Assembly (NCBI GenBank): GCA_025558095.1
Contig: JAIVFI010000001.1
Location: 558,001-622,000 of the forward strand
Reading direction: 5' to 3'
DNA: 64,000 bases
DNA from: Hyaloraphidium curvatum SAG 235-1
Taxonomy: Eukaryota > Fungi > Monoblepharomycota
The position numbers were made by a program, and so were the translations under genes. Numbering within the stretch: position 1 is the first letter of the stretch; each line of letters opens with the position of its first letter. Shown piece by piece: positions 1-11,356 of the stretch. The notes beneath the pieces were generated by a model. That model was given only the letters and a program-made list of their open reading frames with translations. It ran no database searches and had not been told where the DNA came from.

Positions 1-1337
1 GTCGACTTCACCATGTTCTCGAGGTGGGCTCGGTGTGCGGCGCGTTTCTGAGCCGATCTGACCTCCCCTCCCTCCAGGTGGCCCAACAACCTTACTCTGG
101 ATGCCGACTCGGGCTACATCAGCCTGCCCGGCTACACCGGAACCGTCGAGATCAACTCGTACACCCTGCCCACCTGCGTCAAGACCGACGGCTCGTCCAG
201 CACCGCCTTCACGACCCAGGACTTCTGCTACCAGAACGGCCAGCTGAAGATCGCCATCGGCGACGTCTGCAACGTCGGCGGCACCTACGCCTTCAACTTC
301 GATACCAACTGCTTCCCCGGCGCGGCAAACACAAACACCTGCACGGGCAAGGTCCTCACCGCCAATGCTCTCATCGGCACGCCCAACGCCTCGGGCGCCC
401 TCGAGCTCGACCTCTGCAACGCCCTCCTGAACACGGTCGCCTCGGTTACCGGCGTGATGGTTGCGGACAAGCCCCAGGGCTACTTCTTCGGCGACACCGT
501 GCTGCTCACGGCCACCTTCACCTCGCCCGACCTGCCCATCTACGAGGCCCGCCTGACCAAGATGATCCTCGGACGCAACAAGGTCGAGCGCACGCCCAAC
601 ATCGGCGCCGCCACCACCGTGACCCGCAATGTCAACACGACCCTCGTCGACTCGGCCGCCGGCCCCGCCGCCGTCGGTGCCCTCTCGACTCTCGCGGTGA
701 ACACCAACTTCACCTACCTGCCCACGGCCGACCCGAACGTTGTGGAGATGAAGGTCACGCCCAACATGCTGCCCAAGCAGGCCGGCGTCGATTTCAACGA
801 CGACTCGTTCCTGACCACGGACGACTTTGATTCGATCACCGTGAGTAGCGGATGGGCGTCGCTGGCGCCTCGATCGGTCGCTCATCCTTCCTCCCCTTGC
901 AGGACTACACCTTTTACGCCACCTTCCGCATCTACTTCGACCAGCAGTCCGCCGCCGGCCAGCGCCGCCGCCGTCTGCTCGCCCGTGACGTGCAGGTGCC
1001 CGCCCCGGCCCTCCGTCAGACGACCACGAGCAACCAGAACGCGAACGCCGCCCTCACGGTGCCGCCGAACCCGAACGCCGTGCAGACCCAGCCCACCACC
1101 GCCCCGGTCGCCCCCGTCGCACAGCCCGCCGCCGCCACTTCGTCGAACGAGGCCCTCGTCATCGCCGCCATCGTCATCGGCACCCTCGCCCTGCTCGCCG
1201 CCTGCTGCACCCTCTTCGTCCTGCTGGCCATGCGCCGCAAGGACAAGAAGCGCGAGGAGGAGGACGCCTTCATCCGCCAGAGGCTCGTCAACGGCATCGA
1301 GTCGGCCAAGGCGCCGCAGTGGGGTGCCGCCGTCTAA
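1..1337 (+). CDS. 5'-partial single-pass cell-surface protein (Cys/Thr-rich beta ectodomain, polybasic RRRRLL site, stalk, TM helix)
   Basis: Introns 24-77 and 841-902 (GT..AG) join the frames. C-terminus reads ...QRRRRLLARD...ALVIAAIVIGTLALLAACCTLFVLLAMRRK...GAAV*. Confidence 0.75.
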
Positions 1338-1544
1338 GCGGACGATCGGGATAGACTGGGGGATTTCGTGGGCTCTGTTGTGACTAGTGCAGTGCAATGA
1401 GAGCTTGTCTTGCAACGATCTTGCGGGTGCTGACGTCCAGTCCAGGTCTGTTGGTTGCGAGCAGTGACTGACAACGACACCATCCATTGACGCGGCACAA
1501 TCGCCGACTTTTCCTATGTACACGAGGCCGAGCGCGTCCACTTC

Positions 1545-3412
1545 TCATATCCGCACCTTCAGCTTCCATCCCACCTTCTTGTACCGCAGCGCGATGATGA
1601 AGACGGCGCCCAGGAACCACGTCGAGGCCACGAAGCCCAGCAGCGGGCGGTAGTTGGCCCCCACGCGCTGCCCGTTGACGACGACGGTCGTCGAGTCCAC
1701 GATCAGGCCCGAGAGGGAGGGGCCGACGATCTCGCCGGGGCCGAAGGAAAGGTAGAGGATGCCCAGCACGCTGGTGTTCGGGAAAGTAGGTCAGGAAGGG
1801 ACATGCCGGTCGCATGGGGCCGAACCGACCTGCCCAGGTTGGCAGTCCCGAACTCGATGGCGGAGAGCACCGGCATGGTCACGAGCGGAGCCCCGCAGAA
1901 GAAGGCGATGAAGATGGAGGCGGTGACCGTCGTTCCAAGCTGAGTAGGGGCCGGCATCCTATGGCGCGCGGGTATCAGCGAGAGCTAGAGCACCGAGCTG
2001 GCGACCAGGGGCGTGCTTACCAAATGCAGAGCACCGCAAAGAAGGGCACAAGGCAGCCGGCGCAGAACATGTTGATCTCACCGATCCGGTCCGCGAGGAA
2101 GCCGCCGCAGATCCTGCCCGCCGCGACCATCGCCGAAAACGCGGCCACGACGCCGGCGCCGGTCGCCTGGGAGTAGCCGCCGTCGTTGAGCATCAGGGGG
2201 ATGAAGATTTGGGGCGTGAAGAAGGAAAACATGATGAGGAGGACGGCGGTGAAGAGGAGAGTGAAGGTCGTGTTCTTGAAGTAGACAAGGGTGAGGAAGG
2301 AGCCTTTCCGCTGCAGAGCTCGTGAGAAAATGCGTCGCGGGTCGCTCGTCTGAAGGGCTGCTGACCTTCTGGGGCGGGAACCGACGCTGCAACCCCAATG
2401 TCGCAAGCCCCATCCATCCGAGACACATGCCCGCCAGGACACGCATGGCCAGCCGCCAGCCTCCGGCAGAGATACACGCTTGCGTGACCCCCGAGAGGAT
2501 AAAACCTCCAATTCCCGTTCCGGAAACCGCGATGCCCATGGCGAGAGATCGCCACTTCGTAAACCACGTCGGAGTGACGCTGGTCGCCGGCATCATAACA
2601 AAGGAACCCTTGGAGAATGAAGATTTTGAGTCCAGAATGAAGTGTGTCAGATATAACTCACACCAAGACCGAAGAGCGCCTGCGTCAGGAACAGCTGCCA
2701 AAGCTCGGTGCAGAAGCTCCCGAGTAATATGCCGGTCGCCATGACGGCGGTGCCCGACATGGCCATGATCTTGATCGGCAGGATGTCGGCGAGGGAGCCT
2801 GCAAAGGGGCCGACGACCACCATGGTTGCGAACACGATCGTCCCGACAAAGGCGAGCTGAAAGTTGGTCGCGCCGTTGAACGCGTTGTCCAACAAGAGCG
2901 TCCGCTGGAAGAGGCCCCAAATGGCCGGGTATCCTATGCCCCAGACATGTGCCGAGAAGCATGCTGTAGTGGGGATGGGTTCCGTCAGCTCGGCACTCCG
3001 CTCGGCGGTCAGTGCCCCAACCAAAGACCACGAGCCACGCCTTGAGAGACTTGTCCGTGGGTGCGGGCGTCACCGGGGCAACCGGAGCTTCCTCGACTAC
3101 CACTGCCGTCTCGTCCTTGCCCATCCCGTCCCCGACGTGGTCTACGGGCAGTTTCTTCGATTCGGCCCCGTCAATCCCGTCACCGGTGTGTTCCCCGGGG
3201 ACTTTCTCCGATCCGGTCCCCTCCTTGGGGATCCCGTGCCCGAGGTGCTCTCCGGGGAGTTTCTCCGATTCGGCCTGGGGAAGGTCCGCGGACGCCCTTT
3301 CCGTCGTGCCCCTCGACGATTCCCCGTCCGAAGCCGCCGCCGTGCCAACGTCGGCATCGGCAGCAAGCGGAGGCACGCCAGCGAGCTCGACCGCGCCGGG
3401 CTCGCTCGCCAT
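1545..3412 (-). CDS. MFS monocarboxylate-porter family (MCH-like) transporter, multi-exon
   Basis: PTDKSLKAWLVVF, WFTKWRSLAMGIAVSGTGIGG, GRICGGFLADRIG, GPSLSGLIVD; multiple TM segments; short GT-AG introns. Confidence 0.9.
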
Positions 3413-3555
3413 TGCGCTGGGAGGCAGCCTGCGGAGTCGCAAACGCCAGTGCGGTGCCCTTGCCCTCACTCCCTCGTCCGCCCTTCATTCGTCGTACGAT
3501 CGATCAAAAAGAGACATCCGATTCATACAGTGGGACATGTGACGATAATGAGCAA

Positions 3556-4880
3556 TCAGTGAATGGCGCGCCCAGTGTAGCTCTTCCACTGTCGCGAGAG
3601 GAAGAGGTCCTTGCCCTTCACGTTACGGATCATGAACTGGCCGACGGTTCCGTACAGCAGGCCCATCTTAGGTATTTGGCCGAACCCGCCTGTGGTGCCT
3701 GAAAGATCGGAGCCGTCAACGCGTGCCACGGACCCCTCTACAACCGCAACCAACCTTGGGTGATGAGCATCATCCCTCCCTTGTCCTCGCCGACCTCCTT
3801 CAGCTGGCCTTTGCCGTCGATGAGGCTCTTGAGGTTGGAGACGAGCGTTCCCAGCTGGTCGAGGATCGGGGCGACGGTCTTGGTCTTGGATTGCGACGAG
3901 ACGTCCCCGATGGCAAAGATGTGCGGGAAGCCCCGGACCTGCAGCGTCGGCAGGGTGTCGATGTCGCCCTTGGCGGTAACGACGGAATCGGAAAGCGACC
4001 TGGCCGGGTCGGAGAGGAGCTTCGTGTTCCCCGTGAGGATCTGGAGAAACGGTGTCAGTCCGCGCCGCTTTGCACGAAGGCCGCGAACTGCCTCACAAGC
4101 TGGACGTCGCTGGCGATCTCGGTGCCCTTGTCCGTCTTGAGCGTCCTCCGCTCGAAGCTTCCGTCGTTCGCCAGATCCGCCGGCAGCTGGACCTTCTCGC
4201 CCAGGACCACCTTGACGCCCGCGTCCTTGAGCCGCTCGACGCCAATCTCGCGGATGCGGTCGTCGATGTTGAGGGAGCGGTCAAAGAGCTTGGATCCGGA
4301 GCTGACGAGGGTGATGTTCTTGGCCTTGCCGTACTTCTCGAAAAGCTCGAAGGCCGTCTCGACCCCGTTGGGACCGCCGCCGACGATCAGCACGTCCTTG
4401 GCGGCGGCGATGGCCTTGGCGACCCGGCGCTGCAGATCGGCGGCGTCCTTGCTCGACGTGGAAGGCGCGAATTTGAGCGGCGCCGAGTTGATGGAACCCT
4501 GCGCGGACGTTAGAGTCAGCCGAAGCGAACCGCAGCTCCCGAGGCTTGCCCACCATGGCCAGGACCGCGTAGTCGAAAGGGACGGCGGTGCCGTCCTCCA
4601 GAACCAGCTCCTTCTGCTTCACTTGCTTGACGGTCCCGACGACAAACTTGCCGTCGGGAAAGTCCTTGAGCAGGCCGTCCATGGGGATCCAGAGGTCCTG
4701 CGCCTTGACCTTCTCGCCGTCGACAAAGGCGCGGGGTGCGGCAATCATGTGGTAGGCCACGCGGCGCGCGTCCACGAGCGTGAGCGACGCTTTGCCCGAC
4801 AGAGCCTTTCGGAGCTGCGCGACCACTTGGCTCCCAGCGTACCCGCCGCCGACGACGACAATGCGCGGTTTGGAGGACAT
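3556..4880 (-). CDS. AIF/AMID(FSP1)-like FAD/NAD(P)H oxidoreductase
   Basis: IVVVGGGYAG FAD motif, FDYAVLAMG, LIVGGGPNGVE NAD motif; 3 introns; ends KDLFLSRQWKSYTGRAIH*. Confidence 0.88.
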
Positions 4881-5633
4881 CTCGGCGACCAGTTCAAGGC
4901 GTGGTCAGCCCGAAGTCCACAGCCGACTGCTTCACTGCTCCGAGCACAGGACTTCGGCGGCTCCCCTTTATCGTGTTCCGGGGGTTTCGTGGTTTCGTTT
5001 CGTTTCGTCTTCGTCGGGCGAAAGATGTGTAAACAGCGTAGGCGACCGTTTTTCCGACGGTTGAACCGTGTTTTCCACATCGCAAATCATCCGCCCCTGC
5101 CCGCTGGAGGCAAAAAGATAGATCGAGCCTGCACCTGCTCCCGACGCCATCTCCGTGTCTCCACACACGCCGATCTCGATCGGAGATGCAGCTCTGGCGG
5201 GGATTCACGTGCCGCAACGACATCGAGGGCGGCAGGAAATCGAGTATACGCGACACAGCGGGAGAGCTTCTAGCCCTGGACATCCTAGCCTGATGTGAAT
5301 CAGGCTTCGATGCGCACGTTTCGAAACGCTATCCGCGGAGGTGCTGGCGGGGGCGAGGCGGGAGACGGTCCAGAAGAATGGTCTCGCTGCTGGGCGCCGT
5401 CCGCCTCGGACGAGAGCCTGCATGGAGACACGATGAACGATGCCCCGATAGCCCGGCGGCTCGTACTGCCTCGCTGAATCCGCCAAGAGTGAGATGCGGT
5501 CGTGTGATCGCCGATTGGTCTGGGCCCTGGCCTATTGGCGCCGCAGGCGTTCCGCACCGCCCTAATCTCCGTCCTCCGGACCCACCGCCGCTGCCCTTGC
5601 GCCGCCACCGCTCCCGGCGCCACGCGACGCGGA

Positions 5634-8078
5634 ATGGCGGAAGCCGTCGACATGACCCCCGCGGCCGCCAAGGCCGTGGACAAGGATGAGCTCCAGCTCG
5701 CGAAGGTGCCGTGTCTCCTTCGCCACCCGCCCCTCCGCGGCGCCCGCCCGCCCGCGCGGCGCCGCGGACCGCTCTGCCGGGACCGGCGGCTGTGGCGCAC
5801 GCTGCTTTCGCATCGGGCGCGGGCGCCATTCGTCGTCGCGGCCGGATTTCGGGTGGCCGTGGGAGCGCCTGAACTCACTCGCGCATCGCCGCCCGCAGCT
5901 CGGCTACAAGCAGGAGTTCCACCGAGGTCTCGGCGTATTCGAGAACGTGTGTTCCCCTCGTGCGGCCTCTCTGAGTACCGCTGAAGCTTCGCCTGTCGTC
6001 TCCCACCGCTGTCGCGAACCTCCGCTGCGTCGATGATCGCGTTCCAGTTCGCCGCCTCCTTCTCGACGATTGCCTTCGTGCTCGGTCTGCCGTCGCTTTT
6101 CGGCTTCGCCATGTACACCGGTGGCCCGCTGGTCGCGTGGATCAACTGGATCGTGATTGGTCGGCGGCTCCTCGCCATTCCACATCACAGGAATCTGACC
6201 CTGACCTTCGCTATTCCTTATCTAGGTTGCTGCGCCCTATGCACGGCCCTTACTCTTGCGGTGGGAAGGGCCCTGCTGGCGGCCTTGTATCCACGCTGAT
6301 TGGCTGCTTTTCAGGAAATCTGTTCCGCGTACCCGACCGCCGGAGGCATCTACTGTGCGCCGTCTCCGTTGCGGGACAACGCGAACGGAACTAACCCCCG
6401 ATGCCTGCACAGTCTGGTCTGCCCGTCTCGGTGGTGAAACCTGGGGTCCGTTCCTATCGTGGCTCACCGCCTGGTGGAGTTGGTGCGGATGGGGTGAGTC
6501 GCAGCCCTCCTCGCGACCGCTCCAATGCTGACGTGCCGTGGATACCTTCAAGTCGTCACATGGCCCGCCGTCTGCCACACGAACACGACCTTCCTGATCA
6601 GCGCGATCCTGATCAAGTACCCCGAATACACGAACCCGCTTTGGGTGATGTACATCATGGACGTCGTCCAGATCATCCTTACGGCGCTCGTACGTGGCTC
6701 GCGTTACACTCCAGCGCCGATTCTTTGCCTCACCAGCTCCCCAGGCGAACATCGTCAACGAGGAGTTCATGAAGTGGTTCTACCGCCTCTCCAGCGTGTA
6801 CATGCTCGTCGTCTACCTCCTCTTCTTCACCTGGCTGCCGGCAAAGGTGCCCAAATGGCAGTCTGGTTCGGTGATGTTGACGTACGTCGACGGGACCGGC
6901 GCGACCGAGTACTTTGGCAACCCGCAGGGCGCCCAGGCCTACGTCTGGTTGGTGGCGATGATCCCGAGGGCATCCACGGTGCTGACTCCTGAACAGGTTT
7001 GTCGCGCTTCTCTTCCCCGCCTGGACCTTCTATGGCTACGACGCTTCGGCGCACATCGCCGAGGAAACAAAGGGAGCAGCAAAGACAGCGTCACGCGGGA
7101 TGTACACCTCCGTCGCCCTCGCCTTCATTTGCTCGTTCGCAATGCTCATCATCCTCATCTTTGCTCTGCAAGACGGCGTTGACCCCGACACGGGCGACGT
7201 CATCCCGGGCGTGACCGAGATCGTCAACGCGTACGCGATCTACCCGCAGCCCATCGCCTACTTGTTCGAGACCACGCTCGGACCCGAGGGCGCCTTGGCT
7301 TTCATGTGCATGCTCTTCGTCGTGGGCTTTAACTGCGCCATCGCCTGCGCCATGTCCGGTGCGTTTCGCTGCTTCACATCCCCAACCGAAGCTAATCCTT
7401 TGCCGCCAGCTTCCCGCGTCACCTACGCCATTTCCCGCGACGGCATCCTGCCCTTCTCGCACTACTGGCACCACATGTCGGCCGCCAAGATGCCGGTCCG
7501 GGCCATGTGGCTCTGCACCGGCCTCTCCGTCCTGATCCTGCTCCCCGTGCTGGGCTCGACCGTCGCATTCACCGCGCTCAGTTCGACGGGCACGATCGCG
7601 GTCGACACCAGCTACCTCATCCCCATCGCCGGTCGCCTGACCGCTGCGCGCCACACCTTCAAGCCCGGGGAATGGAACTTGGGCCGCCTGTCGATCCCCA
7701 TGGGCACTTTCGTCTGCATCTGGATCACCATTCTCTTCGTCTGCCTTTGCCTGCCGCAGCTGTGGCCCGTGACGCCGCAGAACTTCAACTGTACGTGCCG
7801 CGCGGTGGCGGGGAGGAAGCTGGCTAACTCGACCCGCCGCCGCAGTCGCGCCCGTCATGATCGGCGGCATCACCCTGATTTCCTCCCTCGGCTGGATCTT
7901 CTCCGGCCGCAAGTGGTTCAAGGGCCCGCAGCGCCTCATCAGCGAGGCCGAAGCCGAGGCCATGGAGGAAGCCTACGCCGCAACCCACGGCGGCGAGCAC
8001 ATGCCGCACGACAAGCTGGAATACGATAACTACGCCCTTGAAGGCGAGATTTTGGCGTCCGCTGATCGCAAGCATTGA
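5634..8078 (+). CDS. APC-superfamily amino acid/GABA/choline/polyamine permease
   Basis: LAK|LGYKQEFHRGL, YPTAGGIY, YGYDASAHIAEET, SRVTYAISRDGILPFS, FKPGEWNLG, WFKGP; many short introns. Confidence 0.92.
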
Positions 8079-8291
8079 CTGATCATTCTCCTCGAGCAGG
8101 CCTTGGATCCAAGTCTTGAACGGAGTAGGTCCGAAGGCCTGAGTTGGAAAGACCTGAGTTGGATGCATTCTTTGCGCGAACGTTCTGGTTCTGCGCTGCG
8201 TCTTGGGCCTTTGTAGGAGGCGTGAACGTTCACCTGTAGTAGGAAAGTGAGAGCGCAACATTTTACGGTTTCTTCACCACTACTCGTACGA

Positions 8292-9053
8292 TCATGTGCG
8301 GGGGCCAGATAGTTGGCGGGGCGGGACGAGAGAGGTTTTCCATCTACAAATCATAGTCCGCTTCTTGCCGTCCGCCGGGCCCCCCATGCCCCGCGCGACC
8401 TTCCTTTCGATGCGGAAGATCGAGATGCGGGAAACCGACGCCCGTCCCGGCTGGGATTCGGCGGGTCGAGCGCAGAAATCGCGGTGGTCGACGACAGCAG
8501 GTCGGAACACATCGAGGACGAACGAGGGCGCGGAAACGAGGCTGGACCGTGGACGAGGAAGGATGGATGAGGAATGCCTTCTGTGACTCGCTTGTGGAAC
8601 GGCGGCCGCGAGCTGGAACTAGGCATCCCGGGGTAGCCTATTCGCAAAGACATTGGAGAGGCCTCGAACTGCTCTGCAGCGACATCCAGCGCCGTCTCCG
8701 TGGTCCAGTCTCCAGCAAATGTCATTCTCGCCGCGATTAATTCCAATAAACCTCCGTTTCCTGCGTCCTGGTCCCTCGCGGGGTCAAGAACCCAGGCGGC
8801 GTCGGTTTGTTTACTTCTTCAACATTCGCCATCACGCCGATTTCTGCGGCCGCGTCCCGCTTCTCACCGGGGCAACGGCCTTCTATGCGCGTGAGAGAAC
8901 GAAAGGAGCAGCCATAGAAAGTTGCCGCGCCCCATACATGGGCCGGCGACTGGTTGAGGCGGCTTACATCTCGGTTTCCGTCGGAAGGCGGGTTGAGGAC
9001 GCGTCTTCGGACGCTGGTTTGCTATTGGAGGGGACAGCATCGAGGTTGGACAT
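8292..9053 (-). CDS. possible small spliced hypothetical gene (tentative)
   Basis: ATG near 9053 (MSNLDAVPS...) with plausible GTAAGC and GTGAGA donors joining to the open frame ...WVLDPARDQDAG...; fills an otherwise 1.2 kb convergent gap; no recognisable motif. Confidence 0.3.
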
Positions 9054-9289
9054 GGAGTGATGGTGTTGGCACCCTCGGAGGCCCTAAATTGTCTTTGGGT
9101 CGGTCTACCGAGGAACCCGGAGAGAACCGTTCCTCGGAGTCGTTCTCCGCCATCAGGCGGCATAAATGGACTGGTCAGGAGTTCTCAACGGAAGCAATAG
9201 AAATAGACCATGCCGTACATCTGCAGCGATTCAAGCGCGGACCTCCTCGCCCCTTCGAGAGCACAACCAACCCCCCTCCTCCCGCCCCC

Positions 9290-9849
9290 TCACAACTCAT
9301 CCCTCTTCTCGAACTTCCTGTCCCTCTTCACCTGCCTTTCCGCCCCAACCACCTCCCCCAGGGTCCGCATCCGCTCCTCGATCCGCGAAACGGAGTCCGC
9401 GCGGGCGTTGAAGCCCTGTTCGCCGCCGTGGGGGGGGAGGGGCCGGAAGAGGTAGAAGTTGGGGATGTTTGCGACGTTGCCCTGTCGCACACGGTCAAAG
9501 AGGTTTGGAAACGGGCAAACGAGAGTCAGGAATCTGCCGGAACGTTATTGGGGACCGCTGTTCCACGCACCAAGTTCGCGCACCCCGCCTTCTTCGCCAC
9601 TGCATCCGGGTCCGCCCCCTCGGCCAGCTCGACGGCGTAGTCCCCGTCCTGGGCTTCGGGCGGGGGTTGTTGCGGCGCGGGCACGCGGTGGTGGTGTCCC
9701 GAGGCCGGAGAGTACGCCGAAACCGGGGCGAGGGCGGCGAGGATGTGTAGGAGGAGGAGAAAAAGGAGAAGGAGGATTGGAAGGAGGGTACGTGGCCGCA
9801 AGGGCCGATTCCGCAGAGAGCGCAGCACCGGTGGTGTCGAACGAGACAT
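9290..9849 (-). CDS. stand-alone subtilisin/kexin (S8) pro-domain protein with signal sequence and C-terminal RDEL
   Basis: Exons 9849-9571 and 9481-9290, 89-nt GT-AG intron, 156 aa. Hydrophobic leader, then YAVELAEGADPDAVAKKAGCANL|GNVANIPNFYLF...VVGAERQVKRDRKFEKRDEL*. Confidence 0.8.
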
Positions 9850-10192
9850 GTCGGGTAGTCCGAGGTCCAAGAAGGAGCAGAATCCAAAAGGAGAAGAAGA
9901 GATGGGCCGAAAATGAGCGCAGGAAGGAGAAAAGAAGCCCCAAGGTGGTCCGCAGATGTCAAGACGTGGCGGGACCAGCAAGCGTCCCAGCGAGGCGGAG
10001 GCGGAGGGGCAGTCACGCTTCGTAAGCGCCCGTTCATGAGCCCGGGCCGACCGTGGCCATAGCTGCAGCAACTCACATGACGGCGGAGGCATCGCTGGGA
10101 GCCGTTGGTAGGCGGGCCGACGTAGTGTTGCACGCGACGCTGCTTGCTGCGGCTTCGATTGGGCTTCGATCAGCAGCACCGCACCGGACGCG

Positions 10193-11242
10193 ATGGGGGA
10201 CAAATCCGAGGCCGAACGCGCCGCAGAGGCGCGCGAGGAAAAAGCGATCGCGATTTATCTCCGCCTGCGCGCGTTGGCGCCTACGTACCCCGTCGTCTCG
10301 CCCTCCGACGCGTCCGACGCCGAGCCGGAACGGGACGCGGCGCTCAAGCTGCCCTACGGCTCCGAATCGCGGCTCCAGTTCCTGCACCTCCGCTTTCCGG
10401 CAAATTGGATTCCCGGGAAGAAGGTGCCGGTGGTGGTCGCGATCCACGGCGGCTTCTGGAAGCGCCGCTACGGTATTGGTTACTTCGAGCCCCTTGCCGC
10501 GCGCCTGGCGGAGCAGCTAGGCGCCGCGACGGCCAACCTCGAGTACCGGCGGGTGCCTTCGGCCGAGTTGCCGACCTCGGGGGGGTCGGATGAGTATTGC
10601 GAGGACGAATCGCTGGACGGGGAGCACGACAGGGGAGGGTTCCCAAGGACGATCGACGACGTGTGCCAGGCGATCGGGTTCGTGGCATCTGAGCTTGCTC
10701 CACGTTACGGCCTGGATCCTGACCGGATCGTGGTTCTCGGACATTCGGCCGGAGGGCACCTGGCGGGCCTCGTCGCAGGCATTGCGAGCGCTGGCAGCGC
10801 TGACGCCGAACCGGTCCGATCATGGGTGAAGCTTCTGCATGGTGCCAAGATCCGCGGCGCCGTTGTGCTTGCCGGGGTCATGGACCTCGTAGAGGCGTCG
10901 AAACGCGGCGTCGGCAAGGGCGCGATCGCGGGCCTGATGGGCGCCGCCCCCGGGGACGCACCTGAGGAGTACCGCGCGGCATCCCCATCCACCTACCTGC
11001 CCGCCGTGCTGCGATCGACGCGCGTGCACCTGGTGCAAGGCACGGAGGACGACGACGTGCCGGCGGACAATGCGGACGAGTTTGCCGGGCGCGCCTCGCA
11101 GGTCGATCCAGCAGCGGTCAGGGAGGGCCGGTTCGCGATCACCAGGCTGGATGGCAGGGGGCACTTTGAGATGGTGGATCCGCAGGAGGGCGCCGAGGCG
11201 TGGACGGCTGTTGTTGAAGCGTGTAGATCGGTCCTCGGGTAG
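10193..11242 (+). CDS. alpha/beta hydrolase (HSL/BD-FAE-like esterase), intronless
   Basis: IHGGFW oxyanion motif, GHSAGG nucleophile, GTEDDDVP Asp, GHFEMVDP His. Confidence 0.9.
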   Translation: MGDKSEAERAAEAREEKAIAIYLRLRALAPTYPVVSPSDASDAEPERDAALKLPYGSESRLQFLHLRFPANWIPGKKVPVVVAIHGGFWKRRYGIGYFEPLAARLAEQLGAATANLEYRRVPSAELPTSGGSDEYCEDESLDGEHDRGGFPRTIDDVCQAIGFVASELAPRYGLDPDRIVVLGHSAGGHLAGLVAGIASAGSADAEPVRSWVKLLHGAKIRGAVVLAGVMDLVEASKRGVGKGAIAGLMGAAPGDAPEEYRAASPSTYLPAVLRSTRVHLVQGTEDDDVPADNADEFAGRASQVDPAAVREGRFAITRLDGRGHFEMVDPQEGAEAWTAVVEACRSVLG

Positions 11243-11356
11243 CAGATAGAACGCCCTCGCCGGCGGCGTGATTGGTCGACGCGAGTGTCCACCAACCAGG
11301 CAGACCCCACCCTCCGCTCCCGGCCCCAGCTCCGGCGCGTTACGCGGACCGCCGCG

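Noticed and set aside
5421-5477. Short uORFs upstream of the amino-acid permease
   Set aside because: They lie 150-200 nt upstream with unknown TSS and no recognisable regulatory peptide.
5706-5897. Long GC-rich first introns (permease; Hsp70 intron 1) as riboswitch or snoRNA hosts
   Set aside because: No TPP aptamer core, C/D boxes or rRNA antisense element found by eye.
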